A stretch of 64,000 nt of DNA from Candidatus Omnitrophota bacterium. GTDB lineage: Bacteria > Omnitrophota > Gorgyraeia > Gygaellales > Profunditerraquicolaceae. The notes beneath the pieces are model-generated. The model did no database searches. It was not told the origin of the DNA and saw only the letters and a program-made list of their open reading frames with translations. A program made the translations under genes and the position numbers. Every line of letters starts with the position of its first letter. The stretch's first letter is position 1. The stretch lies in contig JAPLLS010000093.1 in assembly GCA_026387435.1 (NCBI GenBank), positions 1,059 through 65,058 of the forward strand. Direction: 5' to 3'. This document shows, piece by piece, positions 28,650 to 38,148 of this stretch.

Positions 28650-29548
28650 TGAATGATCTTAAAGGGTTTCTGCGCATAATCACGGCACTTGTGTTTCTTC
28701 TGGCAGCCTTTGGCTGCCAGAAAAAAGAGATCATTGCCATCAAGGATTCTGCCAGCGAAGCGATCCCGGTCAAGGTAGTCACGGTTAAATCCGGGACTAT
28801 GCAGGAATTCATCGATTATGTGGCTAATGTCAAGGCCCAGGAAGAGACCCAGGTTTTTCCCAAGGTAACCGGAAAGATCGTTGAAAAAGTTAAACAGGAA
28901 GGTGACCCGGTGGTCAAAGGGGAAACTATCGCTTTGGTCGACCGCGACGAAACCGGCTTGAAATTCGCACAAGCCGCGGTGGAGAGCCCGCTCTCCGGAG
29001 TGGTGGCTAGGGTGCTGGTGGATATCGGAGCCAACGTTTCGCCGCAGACCCCGGTGGCCCTGGTCGTGGACATGGAAAAAGTAAAAGTCTTTCTGGATGT
29101 TCCGGAGAAATACCTGCCGAGCATATCCGTAGGGATGAGCGCCACCGTCGGTGTTGAGGCTTACCCGGATGAGACATTTACCGGGACTATCGTACGTATC
29201 AGTCCGATCGTGGACATCGCGACCCGCACCTGCCCGGTGGAGATCGCTATAGATAATAAAGAACATAAATTGCGTTCCGGGATGTACGCCAAGGTTAAGG
29301 TGGTTACCAGGGAATATAAAGACGCTATAGTATTGCTCAAAGAAGCGGTATTGGGCCGGGAACCGCAGCAATATGTTTACGTGATCAAGGATCAGAAGGC
29401 CAAATTGCGCGAGGTCAAGACCGGGGTGCGCCAGGGGCCATATCTGCAGATTGTTGAAGGCCTGACGTTGGGGGATAAAGTGGTGGTCATGGGCCAGCAG
29501 CGCCTGCGTGAAGGCGCCGCGGTATTAGTCGAGGAGAACGGCGAATAG
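28649..29548 (+). CDS. RND efflux periplasmic adaptor subunit (membrane fusion protein).
   Basis: A lipobox-like N-terminus (LAAFGC), a biotinyl/lipoyl-like hairpin and a beta-barrel region. It sits between tolC and the RND permease. Confidence 0.8.
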   Translation: MNDLKGFLRIITALVFLLAAFGCQKKEIIAIKDSASEAIPVKVVTVKSGTMQEFIDYVANVKAQEETQVFPKVTGKIVEKVKQEGDPVVKGETIALVDRDETGLKFAQAAVESPLSGVVARVLVDIGANVSPQTPVALVVDMEKVKVFLDVPEKYLPSISVGMSATVGVEAYPDETFTGTIVRISPIVDIATRTCPVEIAIDNKEHKLRSGMYAKVKVVTREYKDAIVLLKEAVLGREPQQYVYVIKDQKAKLREVKTGVRQGPYLQIVEGLTLGDKVVVMGQQRLREGAAVLVEENGE

Positions 29549-29566
29549 CCGGGGAGGAATCATAAA

Positions 29567-32500
29567 ATGAGTCTTGCGGAATTCGGCGTTAGGAAGCCGG
29601 TAACTAACCTGATGATATTTTTAGCGCTGATCATTGTGTCTCTTTACGCTATGACCCGGCTCGGTGTGGATATGATGCCTACGATCGAGTCCCCGGCCAT
29701 ATCGGTGATCACTTCTTATCCCGGCGCCAGCCCCGAGGATGTGGAGATCAAGGTTACCGAGCCGCTGGAGAACCAATTGGCGATCACTCCGGGTTTAGAT
29801 AAGATCACTTCCACTTCATCGGAGGGGATGTCCGCGGTCACCCTGCTTTTTAAGTGGGGGATTAATGTGGACGCGGCCTCTAATGACGTCCGTGACCGGA
29901 TCGACCAGGCTAAACCATCCCTTCCGGATATTCCCGATGAGATTTCTACTCCTTTCTTATGGAAATTCAATACCGCGAACATGCCGATCTTAGTTTATGG
30001 ATTTAAGGCCGGACGCAGCTATCCTGAGCTCTATGATCTTATCGACCGGCGTATTTGTGATCCTTTAAAGCAGCTTGCCGGAGTTGGCACCGTGCAGTTA
30101 AACGGCGGGTTGGAACGCCAGATCAATGTCTGGCTGGACCGCCAGAAGCTGGAAGGTTATGGTTTTGCCACCTCAGATATACTGCTTGCTTTAGAGAGAG
30201 AGAACGTTACCCTGCCCGTAGGTAACCTTAAAACCGGCTTAACCGATTATCTACTGCGTTTGCCCGGAGAATTCGCCACTCCCGAAGAGATTAACTCGGT
30301 GATCCTGGGTACCCGCAGCGGAAAAGTGGTATATTTGCGCGACGTGGCCCGGATCGAGGACGCTTTCAAAGAGATCTCTACGCTCGTGCGCATTGACCGT
30401 AAACGCGGCTTGACTATGATGGTCCAGAAACAGACCGGTACCAATACTGTTGAAGTAGCCGCCAGGGTGCAAAAGAGATTTCAGGAATTGATGAAGACTT
30501 TACCGTCCGATATTCAGGCGGAAATAGTTTTTGATACCTCCGAAGACATTATTTTAGCTTTAAAATCGCTGAGTAATTCCCTGTGGCTGGCGATCTTACT
30601 GGTAATTTTGGTGGTCTGGTTCTTCCTGCGGCAATTCCTGCCGAGCTTAGTCATCGCTCTGACAATTCCGTTCTCTTTATTGATCACGTTTTTGTATCTT
30701 TTCTTAAGCGGTAGGACCATTAATGTCGTCAGTCTTTCTTCCATCGCCATTGCTTCCGGGATGGTGGTGGACAACGCCATAGTTGTCGTGGATAATATCT
30801 TCCGTTATCTTTCCCGCGGCCAGCGCGCGACCGAAGCTTCTATATTTGGCACCTCAGAAATGTTCTTATCCATCGCCGCGTCTACGCTTACCACTATCGT
30901 AGTATTTCTTCCGATGTTTTTTATTACCGGCGTGGTGGGGGTGATGTTCTCGGAATTAGCGGCGATCATTAGCGCGACCCTCTTGGCGTCGTTGTTTACC
31001 GCCGCGACTTTCAGCCCCATGCTTTGTTCGAAATGGCTTAAGCCGGTAACGGCTTCTTCCACCGACAAGAAAAAGGGGATATTTAGCGGGATTTATAACG
31101 CTATCGAGAAGATCATCGTCGGCTGGGAAAGTATTTATGAAAAGTCTCTGGGTTGGTGCTTAGGCCATAAAAAGCTGGTGCTAATTGCTTTTACCGGAGT
31201 TTTCTTTTTCACTCTGATGCTTACCAGGTTCGTTGGAAATGAATTCATCCCCCAGGAAGATACCGGTGACCTGCAGGTTTCGATCAGGCTTCCGGTAGGG
31301 ACCCGGATGGAAGAATCGGATAAGGTGGCCAAGAAGATCGAGGACATTTTTGACTCGGTAAAAGAAAAGAAATTCAGCTACGTGCGCAGCGGCCAGGTCC
31401 AGGGTATCGGCCGGGTGACCGGCCAGGCCTCGGGATCGCATGTGATTTATTCCGGGCTAAGGTTGGTGCCTAAGACCGAGCGTAAAAGATCGGATAAGGC
31501 AGTTGGTCAGAATATCCGTGAACAGGTGCGTAAAATTCCTGGCGTCGAAAAAGTTGATGTTTCCACCGGAAGTATGGTTAACCGTTTGATACTCGGAGGT
31601 AGCGGAAAGTCTATTCAAATTGAGATTATCGGAAATTCTTTTGAGGATACGAATATGCTCGCGGAAAAGATCAAGAAGATAGTCGAGTCGGTTCCCGGAG
31701 CGGTGGACGCGGCGATCTCCCGCGACGCCAGCCGTCCGGAGATCCGTATTGCGGTGGATCGGGAGCGCGCGGCCAGCCTCGGTTTGAACATGGAGGCGGT
31801 AGCCAGGAGCATCAAGACTTTCATTGAAGGAAGCAGCGCCTCCAAGTACCGGGAAAAAGGCCGGACCTATGATATTTACGTGCGGCTGCAAGAATCTTCC
31901 CGGACCCGGCTGGAAGATGTGGAGAACCTGACCCTGGTTTCTCCGCTGACCGGCAAACAAATCAAGCTCTCCAGTTTTGCCAAGATCTACGAGACCACCG
32001 GACCGCTTTCGATCGAGCGCAAGAATCGCGAGAGGGTGGTTAAGGTGGAAGCCAATACTCTTAACCGCTCCAGCGGTAAGATCGTCGAGGATATCAAAAA
32101 GGAAATGGCCAAGCTGGCCATTCCTTCGGATATGATCATCAATTTCGGCGGAGAAGCGGAAGAACAGGGGAAGGCTTTTGCTGACATGGCTATGTTGTTG
32201 TCTTTAGGCGTAGTCCTGGTGTATATGGTTATCGCCGCGCAGTTCGAGTCGCTCCTGGATCCTTTTATCATCATGTTTTCCATTCCTTTCACTTTTACCG
32301 GAGTGATCTGGGCATTAGCTGCGACCGGGATGACCCTCAACGTTATGTCGTTCTTAGGCACGGTCATGCTCATGGGGATCGTGGTGAACAACGCTATCGT
32401 GCTGATAAGCTATATCAATATCCTGCGGGCTAGGGGAAATTCGCTCTATGACGCGGTAACTAAAGGCGGAAAAGACCGCTTGCGCCCGGTACTCATGACT

Positions 32501-32716
32501 ACGATCACCACCCTAGTCGGCTTGTTGCCGCTGGCCATTTCCCGGGGCGAAGGTTCGGAACAATGGCAGCCGATCGGCATCTGTATGGTGGGAGGACTTA
32601 CCGTATCCACTTTTATTACTATGCTTTTTGTGCCGACATTATACTCGGTATTTCACCGTAAATCAGCCGGTCAGGTAAAAGTGAGGAAATGCGATATTCC
32701 CGCGGAGGTTAAATAA
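29567..32716 (+). CDS. RND efflux transporter permease (AcrB/CzcA family).
   Basis: 1049 aa with 12 predicted transmembrane segments, two large periplasmic loops and the conserved GMVVDNAIVVVDN motif. Confidence 0.9.
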   Translation: MSLAEFGVRKPVTNLMIFLALIIVSLYAMTRLGVDMMPTIESPAISVITSYPGASPEDVEIKVTEPLENQLAITPGLDKITSTSSEGMSAVTLLFKWGINVDAASNDVRDRIDQAKPSLPDIPDEISTPFLWKFNTANMPILVYGFKAGRSYPELYDLIDRRICDPLKQLAGVGTVQLNGGLERQINVWLDRQKLEGYGFATSDILLALERENVTLPVGNLKTGLTDYLLRLPGEFATPEEINSVILGTRSGKVVYLRDVARIEDAFKEISTLVRIDRKRGLTMMVQKQTGTNTVEVAARVQKRFQELMKTLPSDIQAEIVFDTSEDIILALKSLSNSLWLAILLVILVVWFFLRQFLPSLVIALTIPFSLLITFLYLFLSGRTINVVSLSSIAIASGMVVDNAIVVVDNIFRYLSRGQRATEASIFGTSEMFLSIAASTLTTIVVFLPMFFITGVVGVMFSELAAIISATLLASLFTAATFSPMLCSKWLKPVTASSTDKKKGIFSGIYNAIEKIIVGWESIYEKSLGWCLGHKKLVLIAFTGVFFFTLMLTRFVGNEFIPQEDTGDLQVSIRLPVGTRMEESDKVAKKIEDIFDSVKEKKFSYVRSGQVQGIGRVTGQASGSHVIYSGLRLVPKTERKRSDKAVGQNIREQVRKIPGVEKVDVSTGSMVNRLILGGSGKSIQIEIIGNSFEDTNMLAEKIKKIVESVPGAVDAAISRDASRPEIRIAVDRERAASLGLNMEAVARSIKTFIEGSSASKYREKGRTYDIYVRLQESSRTRLEDVENLTLVSPLTGKQIKLSSFAKIYETTGPLSIERKNRERVVKVEANTLNRSSGKIVEDIKKEMAKLAIPSDMIINFGGEAEEQGKAFADMAMLLSLGVVLVYMVIAAQFESLLDPFIIMFSIPFTFTGVIWALAATGMTLNVMSFLGTVMLMGIVVNNAIVLISYINILRARGNSLYDAVTKGGKDRLRPVLMTTITTLVGLLPLAISRGEGSEQWQPIGICMVGGLTVSTFITMLFVPTLYSVFHRKSAGQVKVRKCDIPAEVK

Positions 32717-33015
32717 TGACCAATAAAATGGTGATGATTTCTTTTAATGAAGCGATTGACTTCGAAGTAATGGAAGTCCTGGAGCAATCCTGCGCCTTGA
32801 ATAATTATACAAAGATCCCGGGAGTGTTTGGCAAAGGCAGTTCTTCGGGCACCCATATGGGAGACGACATCTGGCCTGGACGGAATAATCTTCTTTTTAT
32901 CTGCTGTTCTGAAAAAGAAGCCCAGGCCTTGATGTCCAGCGTTAAACAACTGCGGACGAAACTCGGTAAAGAAGGTGTCAAGGCATTTGTCCTTCCAGTA
33001 GAAGCGATCACCTGA
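32716..33015 (+). CDS. PII-like small protein associated with the RND pump (DUF3240-like).
   Basis: YTKIPGVFGKGSSSG and VKAFVLPVEAI mirror the PII GFGRQKG and GKIFV motifs. It is 99 aa and its start overlaps the RND gene stop. Confidence 0.45.
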   Translation: MTNKMVMISFNEAIDFEVMEVLEQSCALNNYTKIPGVFGKGSSSGTHMGDDIWPGRNNLLFICCSEKEAQALMSSVKQLRTKLGKEGVKAFVLPVEAIT

Positions 33016-34010
33016 TGCTTAAGATCGGCAGCCTCAAGCTTCAATCCAACCTGATCCTTGCTCCGATGGCCGGAGTAAGTGACCTGCCTTTTCGAAAGCT
33101 CAATCATAAATTCGGCTGTGAGCTGGCTTTTGTGGAGATGATCAATGCCCGCTGTCTTGGTCATAAGAGCAAGAAGACTGCGGAGATCCTTCGCACGGAT
33201 AAGATCGACAAGCCCCTTGGTATGCAGCTTCTGGGCTGCGAGCCGGCGTATATTGAGCGGGCCATGGATGTCTTAGTTAAATATAACTTCGATCTTTTGG
33301 ATTTCAACGCGGCCTGCCCGGAAAGAAAAGTGACCCGCAGGGGAGAAGGAGCTAGTTTATTGCAGGAGCCGGGAAAACTGGCTAAACTTTTAAAGATCGT
33401 GGTAAAAAGATCTTCGGTTCCGGTGACAGTTAAGATCCGTACCGGCTATGATAAGGACTGCATTAATGCTCCGGAAGTCGCCCAATATGCCCAGGATGCC
33501 GGGGTAAAAGCGATATTCATTCACGGCCGGACCAAGCAGCAGTTATATTCCGGAGCCGTGGATTATGAAACGATCCGCAAAGTTAAGAAAGCGGTAAACG
33601 TGCCGGTCATCGGCTCCGGTGATGTTTTTTCCGGGGAACTGGCCAAGAAGCTGTTCGATGGTACCGGTTGCGATGGGATCACGGTGGCCCGTGGAGCTTT
33701 AGGTAATCCCTGGATCTTCGAAGAAATCCGGCATTATCTGAAAACCGGCCAGGAGCTCCCTAAGCCGGGGATGGAAGAAATAATCCGGACCATGCTTGAA
33801 CACCTGGATTTTTCGGTTGATTTTTTCGGGCCTAAATACGGTGTAGTGATTTTTCGTAAATTCTTCGGATGGTATACCAAGGGTTTCCGCAAGATCCGGC
33901 CGCTGCGCGAAACCATCAGCCGCCTGAAAACCCGCAAAGACGTTGAAGAAGTAATAAACCAGATCTGCCTTATCCGTTATCCCCGACAACCCGGCACATC
34001 AGTTAAATAA
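33015..34010 (+). CDS. dusB: tRNA-dihydrouridine synthase.
   Basis: LAPMAGVSDLPFR, FDLLDFNAACP and a TIM-barrel. It is 331 aa. Confidence 0.8.
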   Translation: MLKIGSLKLQSNLILAPMAGVSDLPFRKLNHKFGCELAFVEMINARCLGHKSKKTAEILRTDKIDKPLGMQLLGCEPAYIERAMDVLVKYNFDLLDFNAACPERKVTRRGEGASLLQEPGKLAKLLKIVVKRSSVPVTVKIRTGYDKDCINAPEVAQYAQDAGVKAIFIHGRTKQQLYSGAVDYETIRKVKKAVNVPVIGSGDVFSGELAKKLFDGTGCDGITVARGALGNPWIFEEIRHYLKTGQELPKPGMEEIIRTMLEHLDFSVDFFGPKYGVVIFRKFFGWYTKGFRKIRPLRETISRLKTRKDVEEVINQICLIRYPRQPGTSVK

Positions 34011-34019
34011 AACTAAAGG

Positions 34020-34544
34020 CTATTGAGGCTGTTTCGAGTAGAGCCCGATTAATTCCGCACTGGCCAAAATATGCCCATGCATGGCCTTTTCCAATTCTTC
34101 TTTTGTCGGCGGGCTTTTAAATTCCAGTTGGCTGTTTAAAGCATAGATTTTAAAATAATACCGGTGAACGCCTGAACGGGGGCAGGGTCCGACGTATAAG
34201 CCTTTTTCACTGGCGTCGGTTTTTCCGGGTTTGCCCGGAAGGCTGTCTGGCGCGATGGTTCTTTTCGGGGGTATATTGTAACGTACCCAGTGCACATAGA
34301 TTCCTTGAGGAACGTCGGGGTCTTCCATGATCAGAGCCATGCTTTTTGTTTTTTCCGGAATACAGGCAAATTTTAAGGGTGGATTTATATTGCGGCCTTC
34401 ACATGTATATTCCGGGGGGATCAACTCGCCCGATCTAAACACTATGGAAGTAATTGTGAACTTTCTGGTCCGGTATTGGGCCGAACTTAAAGCCGGAAAC
34501 AAAGACAGTAACAATGCAGCGATTATCAGCGATCGCTTGGCCAT
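34020..34544 (-). CDS. YbhB/YbcL-family PEBP (Raf-kinase-inhibitor-like) secreted protein.
   Basis: A signal peptide (MAKRSLIIAALLLSLFPALSSAQ) and the PEBP core DPDVPQGIYVHWVRYNIPP...GP..RSGVHRYYFKIYAL. Confidence 0.75.
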   Translation of the reverse strand: MAKRSLIIAALLLSLFPALSSAQYRTRKFTITSIVFRSGELIPPEYTCEGRNINPPLKFACIPEKTKSMALIMEDPDVPQGIYVHWVRYNIPPKRTIAPDSLPGKPGKTDASEKGLYVGPCPRSGVHRYYFKIYALNSQLEFKSPPTKEELEKAMHGHILASAELIGLYSKQPQ

Positions 34545-34552
34545 AAAACCTC

Positions 34553-34732
34553 CTATTTGATCATGTAAATTATGAAGCTGAACAATGCTATTAATATGAT
34601 GATCAGGAAAATTATTCTTGATTTAGGGAAATGCTTGCCTGGACGGTTAAGGCTTTCCCCGCAGAAAAGGCACAAGATGGCTTCGTCGTCATAGATCGGG
34701 TTCTTGCAATGCGGGCAGAGATATTCACTCAT
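34553..34732 (-). CDS. Small zinc-ribbon membrane protein (59 aa), absent from the ORF track.
   Basis: Reading the minus strand gives MSEYLCPHCKNPIYDDEAILCLFCGESLNRPGKHFPKSRIIFLIIILIALFSFIIYMIK*. It has two CxxC pairs and a C-terminal transmembrane helix. The Shine-Dalgarno sequence is weak. It lies directly upstream of the PEBP gene on the same strand. Confidence 0.45.
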   Translation of the reverse strand: MSEYLCPHCKNPIYDDEAILCLFCGESLNRPGKHFPKSRIIFLIIILIALFSFIIYMIK

Positions 34733-34824
34733 GGCGTTATTCTACCGCGTTTAGGAGGAAGCTGTCAAGAGTCCAGATTTTGCGGTCCCTGTCGCGGGCC
34801 TCAAGAAATTTTGCCAGGAGCCGG

Positions 34825-34917
34825 GATTATTTGGTATAATAATGTTTGGAAAAAATCTTTCCCCCTCGCGCTATCCGCGCTCGGGGTCAATTTTTTCTTC
34901 TATAATAATGTTTGGAA
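34825..34917 (+). repeat. Copy A of a ~70-bp intergenic repeat family (plus a 22-bp partial unit), immediately upstream of the ACT-like gene.
   Basis: ctttccccctcgcgctatccgcgctcggggtcaattttttcttctataataatgtttggaaaaaattgagg at 34847-34917, preceded by tataataatgtttggaaaaaat at 34825-34846. It is about 90% identical to the copies at 39430-39570. Confidence 0.8.
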
Positions 34918-34935
34918 AAAATTGAGGAGGTGGTT

Positions 34936-35190
34936 ATGAGCAAAACTTTGTTGGTGATTCTTATGCGGACGAGGCGTTCATCGGCAGTAAAGGTCCAGAA
35001 AGTGCTTACGGATTTCGGCTGCATGATCAAGACCCGGCTGGGAATTCATGACGGAGTGCTGGATAAATGTTCGGACACGGGATTGGTCATCCTCGAGCTG
35101 GTGGGTTCTAAAGCCGATAGATCAAGCTTGAATAAGAAGCTAAAAGCGATTTCCGGAGTAAAAACCAAATTGGTCGGGATTTCACTGTGA
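34936..35190 (+). CDS. ACT-like small regulatory protein (NikR C-terminal-like / TM1266-type family).
   Basis: The 84-aa sequence MSKTLLVILMRTRRSSAVKVQKVL...GIHDG...GLVILELVG...ISGVKTKLV has a beta-alpha-beta-beta-alpha-beta ACT-like pattern. It begins at ATG 34936, which has a GAGGAGG Shine-Dalgarno sequence. The family assignment is from memory. Confidence 0.4.
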   Translation: MSKTLLVILMRTRRSSAVKVQKVLTDFGCMIKTRLGIHDGVLDKCSDTGLVILELVGSKADRSSLNKKLKAISGVKTKLVGISL

Positions 35191-35825
35191 AACCTGCAAA
35201 AGAAAATATAATTAAACGGCGGATAATTGCCATAGGAAAGAAATTAATTGATTGCCGGCTGGTGACGGCCAGGGCTGGGAATTTAAGCGCCCGGCTTGAC
35301 GCCAAAAGCATTCTGATCACTGTTACCGGCAGCGAATTGGGTAACTTAAAATACAGCGACATCGTAAAAGTTTCGCTGGAAAACGGGGTTTTGGCCAAGA
35401 CTAAGAGAAAGCCAAGTTCCGAATTGCCGGCGCACGGCTCGATTTATAAAAATTTCCCCTGCCAGGTGGTTATCCATTGTCATCCTCCTTTGACCAACGC
35501 TTATTTCGCCGTCTTGCCAAGATTAAAGGTGCTGACTTTTGAGACGAGGTTCTATTTGAAAGAAGTCCCGGTGGTCGCACAAAAAAGCCTTAACGTTACC
35601 CGGGTGGATAAGTTGATCGCAGCGCTGCGGAAGAACAAAATCGCCGTTGTCAAGAATCACGGAGTTTTTTCGATAGCCGATACTTTTTCTCAGGCTTTAG
35701 GCCCGATCTTGATCCTTGAGGAAGCGATAAAAGTTGCGGCGATCGCGCGATTGTTCAAGAAGAAGGCTCTCGACAAGATCGACCGGCAAATAAAAAAGTG
35801 CCTTTTAAACCCAAAAGCAGGCTAA
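35187..35825 (+). CDS. Class II aldolase/adducin-family protein.
   Basis: ARAGNLSARLD...ILITVTGSELGNL...VVIHCHPP fits this family. Confidence 0.7.
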   Translation: MKPAKENIIKRRIIAIGKKLIDCRLVTARAGNLSARLDAKSILITVTGSELGNLKYSDIVKVSLENGVLAKTKRKPSSELPAHGSIYKNFPCQVVIHCHPPLTNAYFAVLPRLKVLTFETRFYLKEVPVVAQKSLNVTRVDKLIAALRKNKIAVVKNHGVFSIADTFSQALGPILILEEAIKVAAIARLFKKKALDKIDRQIKKCLLNPKAG

Positions 35826-35831
35826 GAGATC

Positions 35832-37118
35832 ATGCAAAGACACGCGATTAAAAAAAGCCTGAGAGTCTCTTTTTGGGACGGGGTGTTTGCCGCCGCCATG
35901 ACCGGTTTGACCGCGGAATATTTTACCCCATACGCTCTGGCCTTAAAGGCCAGCGTCTCCCAGATCGGGCTCCTGACCGCATTGCCCAGTTTAGCCGGTT
36001 CTTTCTCCCAGCTTAAATCCGCAGATATCACCGAAAGCGTCGGCAGCAGGAGAAAAGTGATTTGTTTTCTTGTTTTCCTGCAGGCCCTGGTGCTTTTACC
36101 TGTAGTTTTTGTCCCCCATCTTTTCAAGAATTGGGCCGTGGGATCTTTGATTGTCCTGGTTTCCCTGTTCAACGTTTTCGGGGCTTTTTCTCTGCCGGTA
36201 TGGCAGAGTTTGATGACCGATTACCTGCCGTATAATAAAAGAGGCAGGTATTTCGGCTGGAGAAACAAGGTCTTGGGCGGGGTTACGATAATCAGCCTTT
36301 TTGGCGCGGGCATGACCTTGAATTTTTTTAAAAGTAATATTCTCCTGGGATTCCTGATAATCTTTAGCCTGGCCTGTTTATGCCGTTTTATCTGCGTGTA
36401 TTTTCTGGCTCAAATGTACGAATCCAGGCAACACCTTAAAAAAGAAGCCTACTTCAGCTTTTGGGATTTCCTTAAACGCGCCCGGGAGTCAAATTTTGCC
36501 AGATTCGTTATTTTTAACTCGGCTTTTATCTTTTGTGTATACCTGGCTTCCCCGTTTTTTTCGGTGCTTATGCTCAAGGACCTCAAGTTTAATTATTTTA
36601 CCTATACGGTTTTGATCTCTACCGTGAGTATCGCCGCCATTTTCACTATCGACCGCTGGGGTAGAAGCGCGGACAGGATCGGAAGCATCAAGGTTTTGAG
36701 GGTGAGCTCTCTTTTGATCGCCAGCCTTCCTTTTTGGTGGATCTTGAACCAGCACCCGGTTTACCTGATTTTTGCCCAGGTGCTTTCGGGAATAGCCTGG
36801 GCGGGTTTTAATCTTTGCAGCGTTAATTTCATTTATGACGCGGTAACCCCGGCCAAAAGGACGCGCTGTATCGCTTATTTCTATTTTTTTAACGGCCTGG
36901 CAATTTGCCTGGGTTCGTTTGTCGGCGGGTTGCTGGCCAATCGCCTGCCGAATGTTTTTGGTTACCGGCTGTTCAGCCTTTTTTTCATTGCCGGAACGTT
37001 AAGGTTTATTGTGGCTCTGACCCTTCCCCGGAGGATCAAAGAGGTAAGGCCGGTGGAAAAGATATCCAGCAAAGATTTGTTTCTGCGCATAGTCGGCCTG
37101 AGGCCGAACCTGGAATAA
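35832..37118 (+). CDS. MFS-family transporter.
   Basis: 428 aa with about 12 hydrophobic segments and a loop motif (DRWGRSADRIG) between transmembrane segments 8 and 9. Confidence 0.6.
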   Translation: MQRHAIKKSLRVSFWDGVFAAAMTGLTAEYFTPYALALKASVSQIGLLTALPSLAGSFSQLKSADITESVGSRRKVICFLVFLQALVLLPVVFVPHLFKNWAVGSLIVLVSLFNVFGAFSLPVWQSLMTDYLPYNKRGRYFGWRNKVLGGVTIISLFGAGMTLNFFKSNILLGFLIIFSLACLCRFICVYFLAQMYESRQHLKKEAYFSFWDFLKRARESNFARFVIFNSAFIFCVYLASPFFSVLMLKDLKFNYFTYTVLISTVSIAAIFTIDRWGRSADRIGSIKVLRVSSLLIASLPFWWILNQHPVYLIFAQVLSGIAWAGFNLCSVNFIYDAVTPAKRTRCIAYFYFFNGLAICLGSFVGGLLANRLPNVFGYRLFSLFFIAGTLRFIVALTLPRRIKEVRPVEKISSKDLFLRIVGLRPNLE

Positions 37119-37119
37119 A

Positions 37120-38148
37120 ATGAAAGAAAATATCAAACAATTATCCCTGGAAGAATTAACTGGTGTTTTGGCTTCCTGGAAAGAGCCGGCTTTTCGGGCC
37201 GGGCAGATTTTTTCCTGGATTTACCAGAAGGGCGCCGATGATTTCGCCGGAATGAGCAATCTTCCCCAGCCGCTGCGTCGGCGGCTTGGGGAGAATTTTT
37301 GTCTTTCCGGCCTGGAACTGGCCAGTTTCAGGGAATCGCTCGATGGCACTAAAAAATTTTTGTTCAAACTTCCTGACGGCAAGTTCATCGAAGCTGTAAA
37401 TATCCCCGCGCAAAATAGAGCGACCGGTTGTATTTCCAGCCAGGCCGGCTGCAAATTCGCCTGCGCTTTCTGCGCCAGCGGAGCGCTGGGGTTTAAGAGA
37501 AATCTTTCCAGCGCCGAGATCCTGGATCAGGTTTTATATTTAAAGAACGATTCTTCCCAGGCTTTGACCCATATAGTTTTCATGGGGACCGGCGAGCCGC
37601 TGGATAACTACGATAATGTCCTGAAAGCCGTGCGGATCATGAACTCGGATTGGGCTTTTAATATCGGAGCCCGCAGGATCACTATTTCCACCTGCGGCCT
37701 GGTCCCGGCCATAGCCAGGCTTGCTGAAGAAGGGCTGCAGATCGAGCTTTCCGTGTCGCTGCACGCCGCCGATGACAAGGTCAGGGATGCTTTGATGCCG
37801 GTAAATAAACGTTATCCGATTAAAGAATTGATCGATAGCTGCCGAAAATATATTAATAGGACAAATCGTCAGGTTACTTTCGAGTATATCCTGGCCAGAG
37901 GGGTCAATTCGGATTTGCCAAACGCCGGAAAATTGAGTAAAATATTAGCAGGGTTGAATTGCAAAGTTAATCTGATACCAATAAATCCTCAAAAAGAAGA
38001 GGGGCTCCAGCCTCCTTCCAAACGGGATATCCTATTTTTCCGGGATGCGCTGGTAAAGTCAGGGGTGGCGGTGACCTTGCGCCGGCCGCGGGGCCAGGAT
38101 ATTGAGGCTGCCTGCGGACAACTAAGGCTTAGATATGAGAAAGATTAA
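37120..38148 (+). CDS. rlmN: 23S rRNA (adenine2503-C2)-methyltransferase, a radical SAM enzyme.
   Basis: CKFACAFCASG, MGTGEPLDNY and 342 aa. Confidence 0.85.
   Translation: MKENIKQLSLEELTGVLASWKEPAFRAGQIFSWIYQKGADDFAGMSNLPQPLRRRLGENFCLSGLELASFRESLDGTKKFLFKLPDGKFIEAVNIPAQNRATGCISSQAGCKFACAFCASGALGFKRNLSSAEILDQVLYLKNDSSQALTHIVFMGTGEPLDNYDNVLKAVRIMNSDWAFNIGARRITISTCGLVPAIARLAEEGLQIELSVSLHAADDKVRDALMPVNKRYPIKELIDSCRKYINRTNRQVTFEYILARGVNSDLPNAGKLSKILAGLNCKVNLIPINPQKEEGLQPPSKRDILFFRDALVKSGVAVTLRRPRGQDIEAACGQLRLRYEKD

Noticed and set aside
28601-29371. 256-aa minus-strand ORF antisense to the RND adaptor gene. Similar antisense ORFs occur at 1070-1552, 18872-19552 and 22444-22806.
   Set aside because: The sense-strand genes (membrane fusion protein, PilZ protein, mnmE, comM) all show family-specific motifs. 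The antisense ORFs are His/Arg/Phe-rich, as expected for reverse-frame artefacts.
34851-34876. GC-rich core of the repeat unit (ccctcgcgctatccgcgctcgggg) interpreted as a stem-loop.
   Set aside because: Checked base by base, the two halves are a mirror repeat (ctcgcgc / cgcgctc), not reverse complements. Only a trivial 4-bp gcgc/gcgc pairing is possible. A hairpin is therefore not supported. A protein-binding site is more plausible.
34631-34939. 102-aa plus-strand ORF and the neighbouring 34327-34560 ORF.
   Set aside because: It overlaps the repeat element and the minus-strand zinc-ribbon gene, with no Shine-Dalgarno sequence and no recognisable fold. The upstream ORF is antisense to the PEBP gene. 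Both are judged spurious.
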